Assembly: GCF_024521635.1 (NCBI RefSeq)
Contig: NW_026250421.1
Location: 372,001-436,000 of the forward strand
DNA length: 64,000 nucleotides
Reading direction: 5' to 3'
Source: Tricharina praecox
Lineage: Eukaryota
Shown here: positions 13,851 through 24,316 of the stretch, piece by piece
How the letters are laid out: each line of letters begins with the position of its first letter
Numbering within the stretch: position 1 is the stretch's first letter
Notes under the pieces: model-generated
Seen by the model: only the letters and a program-made list of their open reading frames with translations
The model's database searches: none
Told to the model about the DNA's origin: nothing
Program-made: the position numbers and the translations under genes

Positions 13851-14833
13851 GACGACAGCTGTACTATAGTTAGTAGATACCGCTCACGGCAGATGTGGGG
13901 ATGTGTCAAAATAGATGAAGAAATAAAGGCTCCAACTTCCGCATGATGTGCTAATCGGAAGATTGTGGATCATGTTTGCCTCGTGGGTCCGTTCAAAGTC
14001 TCCGTTGTCCATGTTTTCCTGTTTGCGTGTTTCTCTGCCTTTCCGAACTTTGGGGGTTTGGTGCGGTGGTTCCGGTTCAGCTTCTCTGTTTCGACAGCTG
14101 AGACTGGTGGTTTCACGTGTGTATTGTACCGCGGCTGAGTGGTCGGGGAGATTGTGAGCCCCGACGTCTTTGCACCTCGCCAATGCAGATGTGAGCGTGG
14201 CTAAGAAGTGCGGTTCCAGGCCCGCGTGTAACGGCCTCAGCACACCAAGTACTAGTTAGTGTAGTTATTGTGTGGATCAGTCCACTTTCTACCCGTTGCA
14301 CTAGGCTTCTTTCACTCTCACGGCCTCGTGCTTCGTCGTTCCACGCCCAGCAAGAATTCGGCTACATCGCATACGATATCCGCCTCGCACATGATGACGT
14401 AGGGGGAATTGGTCGAGCGCTTTCAGTTGGGGATCCGATCCAGCCAGTGTTCGTGATCGTGCTGCGAGGGGAGCATATCAGTCTCCCGGCCGATCTCAGC
14501 TGTGAGGGTGGGTGCTAGGTATGGACATACCATGGTTGCCTATCCAGTAGCACGGACACCCGATTATTGGGGTCCCAGCAATCTCGCCAACAGCCAACGG
14601 CCACGGATTTCAGGAGACGAGAAAAAACTTTCATGCTGCCAAAACGCTGTTGGGTAAGTATGGGTGAAAAGCAGTTGGTGTTTTCACGGATCCGTTCGCG
14701 CCAGTGATGACCTCACATGCATTGCACGCATTGCATGAGGCTTGCCCACCCTAGTCCGCCCAGGATTGCGTTTGTGGAGTGTGATGTGAGTGGTTATGGC
14801 GAGGGTATGGTGAAAAGGATTGATCCGGCGTAG

Positions 14834-14964
14834 AGAGGTGGGATGGCTGTCGAACTGGCCTACCTGTCGAACCCACTCAGACGCCAACCAACCATCCATA
14901 AACTCCTCTCCTAGCGACTGAGCGGGTTCGACAGGTAGGCCAGTTCGACAGCCATCCCACCTCT
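14834..14964. mobile_element. 131-bp foldback/MITE-like element with 47-bp inverted arms
   Basis: AGAGGTGGGATGGCTGTCGAACTGGCCTACCTGTCGAACCCACTCAG (14834-14880) pairs with 14918-14964 with one mismatch. No clear TSD. Confidence 0.7.
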
Positions 14965-16656
14965 TTGTTGAAAGTCACTGGCCCTCATCTACGAGTGTAG
15001 TCGTTGACTGTGCACACACCAAACGTCGTCAACACAGTCATTCGCCAGCCCCGTATGCAAGAGAATCTTGGCCGCCCAGATCTAGGTAAGCTTCATGCGA
15101 GCTCATCCAACGAGGCCAGGGCAACTATGGATGGCTGTGTCGATGTTCGGTGCGGCAATGCGGCGCCGTGTGCTTGATTTTTCCTCCGAACCAATCTCCA
15201 CGGTCAGCTCGCTGTGCAAGGATGAAGATATGAAAATGCAATGGAATGGAATCGTCTGTAGGCTCCATCTGGCGCTCAAATCGGCGATTGATTGCTGGCG
15301 ATGTGGACGTGGGAAGCTATAGGGTTGGTACACTACACAAATATGCAGTGGGGCCTGTGTCCTTCATCGATCGTCGATATCAAACACCGAAGCATCGGAA
15401 ACTCCCGTATGCATCATATCCATCTAGCAGTGTCCACTATCCTCCTATAGACGCTATGTGCGGTAGGAGCCGGCGCAATTAACGCCACTTTCCCCGCGTA
15501 CTAGCTCCGTTAGGCCGCGGAGATATGTATGGTGTGTACTGAGTATCACCGCTGTTGGTTGGAGGCACACTTCCGATGGCTACTGGGAAAGTAGACCAAC
15601 GAGACTGCGTGTACTCTATAGTAGAGCATGGTGGCTTGAGGGACGCCGGACGGCGGATCTGCTATAGGGGGCCGTTTGCTTGCTACCCCGTTCGATACCC
15701 ATTCCTGCCAACGATTACCCGCGCTGTCGGTAAGCGTGTTTTCGGCGCTTAACATCCGGGGTTCTTCGAAGCGGGCAACAACGATCGGCTTGAACGGCTT
15801 AAACGGCTCCATAGATACGTCAATAAAATGATTCCCCCACCCAACGGCTTGAACGGCTCGAGCGGCTCGGGGGTCGACTCAGTCGAGAGAGATTATGTAG
15901 GCCACTTCTCAATAATGCTCCTGAGACGGGGCTAACATGTGCACCTAGCGGAGGCAGAAGCTTCGTGTCATCCACATGATCGCCTGGGTAGTTGATGCGA
16001 ATGCGCAAATCTCTGCAGCTGCAAAAAAAATTACGGCGTCGCGGACGGAGTGAGGGGTAGAGTAGGAATGCCCCCAAGTGGGTAGGTATTTCGGAATAGA
16101 TGCGGCGCGATTCGTCAAGCGGATAGATTGAGTTGCGGCCGGATGCGTTTATCCCCTAGGGTACAAGCAATGCGTTAATCACGCATTTATTGCATCCGGA
16201 TTGTCGCAGAATGCGTTGCACATCGGTTTTTGACAGATACGCACTGTGATAATTGCGTTGTTGCTAGTAAATGTGTGAATTCTGCCCAAAGCTTTACTCG
16301 CAGGTGACACGTTGTCTGGTCTAAGGTAGATGGGGAGTAGCGTTGAGAAGGAAAGTTGTTGTATTGGTTTTTGTTACGTGCAAGTGTCATCCGGAAGAGT
16401 CAATCAACCCACACAGTTCGAGTCATTGCTGGGATGATTCTAGTAAATTAGTAGGAATGACTCCAGTCACCGAGTAGGAATGACTGAGTAAACCTGACTC
16501 GACTGCCAACCACAAAACCTTATTTATACCAACATCTCCAGACGTTCAAAGTTTAACACCTCCTCTCTCTCTCATCATCATCATCATCATCATCATCTAC
16601 AGGATAGACAATCATCAACCCCTCCCTCCTCTCTCTCTCGTGATCACCATTATCTA

Positions 16657-16888
16657 CTCACACGGCCGGAAATTTAGGTCCCCCCCCCACCCCCCCCCCA
16701 CCCCCCCTCCTCCACCTTCATCTCTACTCTACTGCAGGTTATTATCTGAGGTTGGATCTGTAGATGAGAATGAGCAGTTATCCTATGTGACGACGTTGAG
16801 CAAGCCTCGTTCATGAGTGACTATTTAAAGGGCAAGGAGGTGGTGGTGGTGGGGGAAGGGGGGGGCCCTAAATTTCCGGCCGTGTGAG
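16657..16888. mobile_element. 232-bp TA-flanked Tc1/mariner-type MITE
   Basis: TA|CTCACACGGCCGGAAATTTAGG ... CCTAAATTTCCGGCCGTGTGAG|TA is a perfect inverted repeat, extended inward by poly-C and poly-G tracts. Confidence 0.8.
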
Positions 16889-17094
16889 TAGTGTGTAGGT
16901 TATGATGTCGGCCGATGTCAAGTGGTATGGTAAGGCGACTGTGTGGCCAACTAAGGGATACCTCTACTGCCCGCCGCGCAACCATATACACGTCCACAGA
17001 ACCTTATTTGTGCCAAAATCTCCGGGCGTCCAAAGTTTGACCCCTCCTCTCTCTCTCAGCATCATGATCGTCTACAGAATAGACGATCAACCTC

Positions 17095-17236
17095 TACCTC
17101 ATCCCTCTCTAGAGTACCTCATCCCTCTCTAGAGTACCTCATCCCTCTCTAGAGTACCTCATCCCTCTCTAGAGTACCTCATCCCTCTCTACCTCATCCT
17201 CTCTACCTCATCCCTCTCTACCTCATCCCTCTCTAC
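17095..17236. repeat. Minisatellite: 20-bp unit (ATCCCTCTCTAGAGTACCTC)x4 followed by about 3 shortened 14-15-bp units
   Basis: Directly visible. Confidence 0.9.
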
Positions 17237-17798
17237 GTAGTACCACTGCAACGAGAGTACCAGATCCACGGCGAGGATATTCGATTATTTAGTCTTGCGA
17301 GGGCTCTTTTGTTGAAGCACCGGCGGCGGTAGGCCGCATTTCCTCTCGCTGACAGCTCCTCCATCACTCCGCCACAACGCCAGCGGGCTATTCGCCGCGA
17401 GGACAGTGTAGGAAGACCAACTTAGCTGACATAGGACAGCAAGGACAGCGGGGGCAGCGGGGGCAGCGGGAGAGTGTGTCATCTACGGTGATGGAACCGT
17501 GGTATCTGGGGAGGGAAGAGTGTGGGAAGACCAAAGGCTGACAGCCAGCACAGGACAGCAAGGGCAGCGAGGGCACCAGCGACGAGACTGTGGTATTCGC
17601 GGCGATGGGAATTTGGTATCCATGGCGGGGAGAGTCTGCTATCAGCGGTGGGGAGAGTCTGCTATCAGCGGTATGCAGCGAGGCAACTGTAGGAAGGCAT
17701 AGGAGGACAAGGCACATATGTATCTAGTACTATCATAGATTAATGCAACGCATTTGATAAGATTGTAAATTACCTAAAAGAACGCATTATACACCAGC

Positions 17799-17969
17799 CC
17801 ATTTTGCGACATTGTGGACTCCATTTTCCGACACCGTGGACTGCATTTTCCGACACCGTGGACTCCATTTTGCGACACCGTGAACTTCATTTTCCGACAC
17901 CGTGGACTCCATTTTCCGACATCGTGAAAACAGATTTTGCGACATTGTAGAATCACATTTTGCGACATC
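17799..17969. repeat. 22-bp tandem array (consensus CCATTTTSCGACACCGTGGACT), about 8 units
   Basis: Units start at 17799, 17821, 17843, 17865, 17887 and 17909, followed by two degenerate units. There are no spacers. Confidence 0.9.
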
Positions 17970-19124
17970 AACGTACATCTCGGCGACAACGCATTCCTTG
18001 TACCCTAGGGATCGTCCCCGAACTGGCTGCATCCAACACCAGCAGCAAATCCGAATCTGTCAGAATAGTTAGATCAGCTACCGATTCGACGATCCCCAGC
18101 GACACTATTCTAAGCGGAACTTTCACCGTATAACCTGGGATAGGACGTACGATAGTACAATAGGTATAACCCCCAAAAAGATCAGCCTGACTCTGGGTCG
18201 AGTGACAGCTGGAGACAAGGGACCATAGCTTCGACCACTAGCACGGTGGGGGGAGAGCCGAAGTTTGCGTGGTGTCCTCCGCGGTGTCCATTATTGCGTG
18301 TGTAGGTTAGGTAGGTATAGGGAAGTTGTATGTCCGCTCTCCATTGAAAATGTGCATCGTGTCAGCTGTTGTGCTCCTCACGTGATCCCAGGTGCCAAGA
18401 CTGCACTTTACCCCCGGGGCTGTTCGTGGGGCCACCAAACGGGGGATCACCTTGTATGTATGTACGAGGAGAACCTCTTATCTACATACATAGGTACCTA
18501 CTTGGATTGTAAGGTACTTAGGTTCTCTCCAGAGACCGCTTCCGTCCTGCGTTTCTCCCTGTGGTACAAGGAATCGGACAAGTCGCAATTATAGTAAAAG
18601 AGCACGGTGTTAGAACGGCTATTTTCCGGACGCTCTTCCGGCTCGCTTTAGGTTTAATCCGGCGCTCTTCCGGCGCTTTGACGGCGCAGTTGATAAACCG
18701 GCGTGTGTAATAATTTGACTGGGACGGTTATTATGTCCCACGCCGCTGAAATGGACGATTGGGTTATTATATATGGCTTGCACTGCTGATGTGGCTATAT
18801 GCTACTAATATGGCGTGCCCAATTGGTTCTAGCTACTGCTGCTCGCCCCATAGATATATACACATATATATACTCTACCTTCCCCCCGCGCCTAAGCAAG
18901 CTTTCCACAGCTTTCCCCGCTCCCCAGCCTTCACCCCGCTCTCCAGCCTCCACCCTGATCGTCGGCATTCACTCTGGCATCTTAGCACACATTCATCATG
19001 ATCGACGTTCTAGAAAGTCTACTAGATAGTTGTAGTTGTATCTAGTGCGCGGAATCTGCAGAACCTCCCTATGATCGTCCCATTCCTTGTACCCTAGGGT
19101 CTTGGCGTAACTGCCGGGAGAGTG

Positions 19125-19262
19125 GAGAGGTTGTATGGCAACGGAACCTGTATGCCATGAGAATTTCCGGACACTAAGAGATCAGCCTAGGTCAAATTGA
19201 GTTAGTTAGAGTCCGGAAATTCTCATGGCATATATACAGGTTCCGTTGCCATACAACCTCTC
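19125..19262. mobile_element. 138-bp foldback/MITE-like element with about 48-bp inverted arms
   Basis: GAGAGGTTGTATGGCAACGGAACCTGTATGCCATGAGAATTTCCGGAC (19125-19172) pairs with 19211-19262 apart from a 4-nt indel. Confidence 0.75.
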
Positions 19263-19966
19263 TATATAGGTGGCGGGATTTTGTCCGCATGAATGGTGCT
19301 GTGAGTGACTTTACTCTAAAATGGTGGGTGTGTGGAGTGGTAGTTATGCAGGACTTCGGTTGGGTGGTGCGAGGAGAGCATCCACCAATCTGCGGCCCTA
19401 CAACCAATGAAGTCGGAGAAGTGTGTGCATAGCTTGGGTTGGTACCAGGAGCTGCCGATAAGTGGTGCCTCACCACCATTACGAGTTATAAGCGCAAATA
19501 AGCACTAGTCAATATTAGGAGCACACTAAGCCAGATACAATTAAATGAGTGAGTGGTTGTGACTAAGTTGTATGGGGGAAAACTGGTGAGGCAGCACTTA
19601 CCCTTACACCCGAGTACTCTACCCGGCACTTCTTAGACATCCCATCTTGGAGGACGGTATCTATTTAATAGGCACCTGGCTCCCTTCTGCTCCCAGCTCC
19701 CAGCTCAGAGGCTCGAGCCTTCCACTTCTCGCAGCCTCCCCCCCTTCGCCGAACAAACCTTTCACAAACTGTCCAGAGCATCCAAGGGCTCACAGACCTT
19801 CTTCGCGAGCTGCCCTTTACAAGGCTCATCAGCAAAACCAACCGTTACAACCAACCCATTCGGGAATCCCCCTCGCCGCCCCGCCCCGTCCCGTCCGCCC
19901 CGCTTCCGGGCGCTAGCCGTCCGACAGACAAATTTAGCTTGACAGGTACAGCTCAACATCAATACA

Positions 19967-20010
19967 TACAGTAGCAAAAAGTAGGGCGCACCCTACTTTT
20001 TGCTACTGTA
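19967..20010. mobile_element. 44-bp hairpin: two fused Tc1/mariner-like TIRs between TA dinucleotides
   Basis: TACAGTAGCAAAAAGTAGGG-CGCA-CCCTACTTTTTGCTACTGTA, with perfect 20-bp arms and a 4-nt loop. Confidence 0.75.
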
Positions 20011-20548
20011 TCCAACGGATTTTAGTATATGACTAACACTTTACAGACTGTTCGAAACGGTCACTGTCAGCCGTTTCCGGAGGCTCATACGCACCGACAC
20101 CTCTCGCGGCACCCCCATCAGTCTTTCTGCTACACGGCTTTCGACACCATCACGAACAGTTTCTGCAAACATCTCCTTCGACGAGCTTCACAGTGGGAAG
20201 TTACTCGATCGTGAAATAAAACAGACAAGCAGAGTAAGTGCTTCAACTCCCTTTATTTCAAATCAGTCGTACATGCGCTAACACCTATCCAGAAGTCTGA
20301 CAGATTGGCGAGGCCGCTGCCCCACGTTCGTCCTCGCGATTGTAGGGCCGGATGAACTTTGTTTTACCGCTCTGGCAGACATTTGTTTGACCAATGGACT
20401 GAGATCAACTTCGTTTTATCTCTTCTCTTGGAGGGGCCCCTCCTGATCGACGACTTGGATGAAGTCTTGATTGACCGGATTTCTGGAGCGTTTTGAACCG
20501 AAAAAGGGGGATCGAGCATGATAAACCTTGGCTCGGTTGTGGTTTTTA

Positions 20549-20660
20549 CAAAACCACCATCTCTTCCACCGAGTGGCGGACTTGATGGCTTCTTTTCAAA
20601 ACCACCATCTCTTCCACCGAGTGACGGACTTGGTGGCTTCTTTTCAAAACCACCATCTCT
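20549..20660. repeat. 48-bp tandem repeat, about 2.3 copies
   Basis: CAAAACCACCATCTCT starts at 20549, 20597 and 20645. Confidence 0.85.
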
Positions 20661-20823
20661 CTCACCCATGGGACGGGTTTACGTCTAGAACCGCCGTCCT
20701 CTTCCTACCATGGGGCGGCATCTTTCTCCCTCTAGGGCCGTGATTGACATCGATATCGAGGATGACGATGCTGAGGCAACCCAACCGACCAACCAACTCC
20801 GTGCGCTGGCCGTTGCTATTTCT

Positions 20824-20972
20824 CACAGCTCGAGCAAACCCCCCGGTTGTCGGCCGGTGCCATTTCCCACGGCTCGAGCGAACCCCCCGGGGTTCTGGCG
20901 GTTGCCGTTTATCACGGCTCGAGCGAACCCCCCGGGGTTCTGGCCGTCGCGGTTTTTTACGGCTCGAGCGAA
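20824..20972. repeat. About 45-bp tandem repeat, about 3.3 copies (core ACGGCTCGAGCGAACCCCCCGGGGTTCTGGC)
   Basis: Directly visible. Confidence 0.8.
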
Positions 20973-21642
20973 ATCTGTCTCTACGGAATATCGCCTGGAT
21001 CGTTATGGCGTACACACCAAAAGGAATTTCCATCTGCATCTTTTCACGCTTCCACCGCCTCCTACACTGAGATGGATATACGTTTTTCCGAAGTTTAACG
21101 ACTGTATTTTTATGACCTCGGAACTTAATTTAACGTGGCCAGTGAGTTCTACGTTCGAAACGCTGGCCCAACCAGTGAGTTCTACGTTCGAATCGCTGCC
21201 CGATTTGTTCCAACCCCAATGTCGCACTCGAGCTATGAATTAGTCTGGGAGCCTGGATCCTGATGTGAGAATATGCGGCGGCGGATGAATACTGGGGTTT
21301 TTGTTTTCGAACGCGGAGTCGTCTACTTTCTTGTCTGGTTGGATGGAGTTCATTTCCTGCCGATCCCCCCGTTCCTCCTTCCCCGCCCACCCGTTTCAAG
21401 AATTATATTATCCGTTCTGTACCGCAAGGTATGGCTCAGTTGGGGAGCCAGATCACAGTTGATCGAACAGAACGGACGGCGGTTGTCATTACCGAAGTTA
21501 CCAAAATTAAGAGGAAGGAGACTGGGATACTTCACTTTGTAACCGGAGTCCGGGTGAGCCTAAATATGCAGGCCCTGGACTGCGGCTCTATAGAACAGTC
21601 ATCATATAGTACCTACCGCATATATATTAGCGTTTATTCATC

Positions 21643-22530
21643 GGCTTTTATCCCCCATGTACCCCTCCAGCGCTGAAATATCGCCCATGTACCCCTCTAT
21701 CCTCGATGTACCCCATACAAAATTTCATAATTAAAGCACATAGGAGAATTCTCCTCCACAACAAAACAGATTTTAGTTCTACCTACTGTAATGTACATAG
21801 TGACCGGGGGGAGGGGGGGGGAAAGGAGGTAAAAGCGTATTTTTTTTACCCTCCCCTTCACTTTACAGTACCTAGACAGTACATATGTGGCTGCCTTTTT
21901 TTTGGAGAAAGGTATAGAATGCCCGCGGTGGAGCTAAAAAGATACCTGATTCCCTCGTCGGTACGAGATACCCTCACCAGCCAGCCACAGCAATGCTGCT
22001 GAAAGTGGGGTAGAAAAAGAATGCACCCCGAGATATTGTAGCATTATCATCGAAATAATTATATTGAGAATTTCCTTGCATAACTGTCTAATGGCCAATT
22101 TGTCTCCAGTCGCGCGTTGTAAACAGCATAGACTAGATGAGTGGAATTTGCGCTTGAGTCATAAAAGTTACTGACTCGCTATGCGCACATTTAGTGACTT
22201 GTCATTAAGATGGATTGACTCGCCACTAAAATAAACTGACTCCCCGCTTAATTGGATTGACTCGTCACTGAAATACCAACCAAAATCTTACTTCTCAACC
22301 GATGGAACACATAACCCACGAAAAAATCGTTATAAAATTTGGAAAAGCAGCACCATAGCGAGCTTCAGTGCTTCAATAAAATAGAAAATATGGTGGAGAA
22401 ATAAAATCTGTTTTGTTGTGGTGAAGAATCACCCTACTTTAATTATGAAATTTTGTGTGGGGTACATCGGGGATAGAGGGGTACATGGGCGATATTTCGG
22501 CGCCGGAGGGGTACATGGGGGATAAAAGCC
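21643..22530. mobile_element. 888-bp non-autonomous Mutator-like (MULE) element with about 140-bp TIRs
   Basis: GGCTTTTATCCCCCATGTACCCCTCC... at 21643 mirrors ...GGAGGGGTACATGGGGGATAAAAGCC at 22530 over about 140 bp, with internal ATGTACCCC repeats. The flanks GTTTATTCATC and ATTTGCTCATT differ only by transitions, consistent with a degenerate 11-bp TSD. The interior is AT-rich with no transposase. Confidence 0.75.
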
Positions 22531-24316
22531 ATTTGCTCATTCCTTTTTTTTTTTGGTGCATGAGTGATTACGTTGTGTCATGGTGATCTTCACCGGGGAT
22601 CATTCTGCTGGGTTTCGTCGACGTATGTACCTATCTGTAGGAAGCTGAGCGTACTTTCTTGACCATGAAATATCACCAAATTGGTACATGTGAATTCATC
22701 AGAGTAAACCGAAAGCGAGAGTATGTAGAGGTATTCGACTAGAAGCAAGCGGGATTCGCCTAGTCGGCGGGAGCGGCATGGCGGAAACAAGCCGGGACGG
22801 ACGGGAGCGCATGCTCCTCGGGGCAGCCTCCCCAGGGGTGCCAACCACGTGGCTCGCTTCATCCGAGCCAGGCGGCGGGGGGCAGAGAGAGATCTTCCTG
22901 TTTTATTTCGCATGCAGCCTATCTAGACTATGGCGAACCAACGACCTCCTTTTCCTGCCCGCCCTGGCCGGTACCGGCCCTTGGGCGTAAGGGAACTAGG
23001 GTGGCACGCCGAACTAGGCATTTGGACTGTGGAGAGGAACGAGGATGGAATGTGCATACGCCGCCATAGTCTTATGTACTTAGATTGAATAAAGAGAGTA
23101 GAGTTGTTGCTCTCCTACAATCATCGTCTTCTCCAGATCAATTCCCGAATTCTGCACGTGGAGTTTTGAGCCTTGGTGGGAGTGATATTTGGCGCTGTCA
23201 GTGTTTGCGGCCTTGAGCTAGGTACCTACTCGAGTCACTAGACATATGATGCGTTGAGTGAAAGAATACTCTCGCCTGTCGAGTCAGATTTAGACTGACT
23301 GGCCAACGCCAATGAAGCTCTCCGCTCTATGGTTTTTGGGCAGAGGACTTTTGATGTGAACTTTCTTGCCCGCTGAAATCAGTACCTGAGGATGCATGTG
23401 CCGAAGAGCAAATCCCACAAATTGATCTGGGCATTTTTGACCAACCATGATTGTCGGATGAATCTTACGGCTCCGGCGTCTCGCGGCTTGTTCGCTTCAC
23501 CATCTGCTAGCCCAGTAACCAGCGACGCGGTGAACTTGTCCAGTATCTACCGTTAACTGACTAAACACTATGTCGGACTCATGACAACGCACTTGTTTCG
23601 TATCGGTTTGCGCTAGGTATTCTGTGTGGGTGGAATCTGCAATGTTAACTACGGCGAGCGGAGTAGAAAGTACATTCGGTGACAGGAGGTCGGATGCGTG
23701 ATCGAAGACGCACCGCAGGAGAATCGGAGCCCTCTTCGCAGATCTTACTGGACTTCCTGCAAAACACCGATTTTGACAGGCTAGTTAGTACCCGCAGAGG
23801 ATGATAAGAAGGAGAACATAGTCCTGCGGTACGCGCTGGTCTGGGATATCGGTGGGATCCTGAGCCGGCTGGATACGGAGGTGGAGGAGGAAGCGGAGAG
23901 TCTGGCCGACCAGTGGCGGGCGGGGGGCGGGTGGATTTCACCAAGTCTGTCGCTGTCAGGTAGTTGGTGCGCTCTACCTATATAGTTGCGGTGACCAGGC
24001 GGATGACGAGGGAGGCGGGGGTGCTACATCGAGCCAATTATGTACACATCTAGACTGTAGGCGGGATTATGATGGGTGCATATCTTACCATAGTTTTGCT
24101 GAGCTACAGGTAATAAAAGATTAAGAATCGACGATGTTACCAGACCTGCAAACGCCTTGCCATCTACACAGGCACTAGGTCTACGATCACATTATGATGG
24201 GCCACCACAAAGAACATGCTGCGTAACAGGAAAAAACTTTTGTATGCCATTATCAAGGACAAACGTCCCTCTCCCCCTCTCCCGCCCTCTACCCCCGCCC
24301 CCTCATTGGACTGGCC

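Larger units (their letters stand above)
16154..18010. mobile_element. About 1.85-kb non-autonomous TIR element containing nested insertions
   Basis: CCCTAGGGTACAAGCAATGCGTT (16154-16176) and AACGCATTCCTTGTACCCTAGGG (17988-18010) match at 22/23 as inverted repeats. AATGCGTT/AACGCATT recurs subterminally at both ends. A third TIR copy lies at 19081-19099. Confidence 0.55.
11907..20008. mobile_element. Candidate 8.1-kb non-autonomous Tc1/mariner-type element bounded by perfect 22-bp TIRs with TA flanks
   Basis: CAGTAGCAAAAAGTAGGGTGCG at 11907-11928 (preceded by TA) is the exact reverse complement of 19987-20008 (followed by TA). No transposase ORF was seen inside. Confidence 0.5.

Noticed and set aside
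17799..17969. CRISPR-like appearance of the 22-bp array (likewise 50019-50147)
   Set aside because: Units are contiguous with no unique spacers, there are no cas genes, and the context is eukaryotic.
19478..19926. Possible solo LTR on the minus strand (begins TGTCGGAC); similar impression at about 22760-23150
   Set aside because: The other terminus lacks a clean TG/CA end, and there is no TSD or second copy in the window.
23300..24000. Possible small spliced gene on the minus strand downstream of the Q-rich gene
   Set aside because: Isolated splice-like signals could not be assembled into a convincing reading frame.
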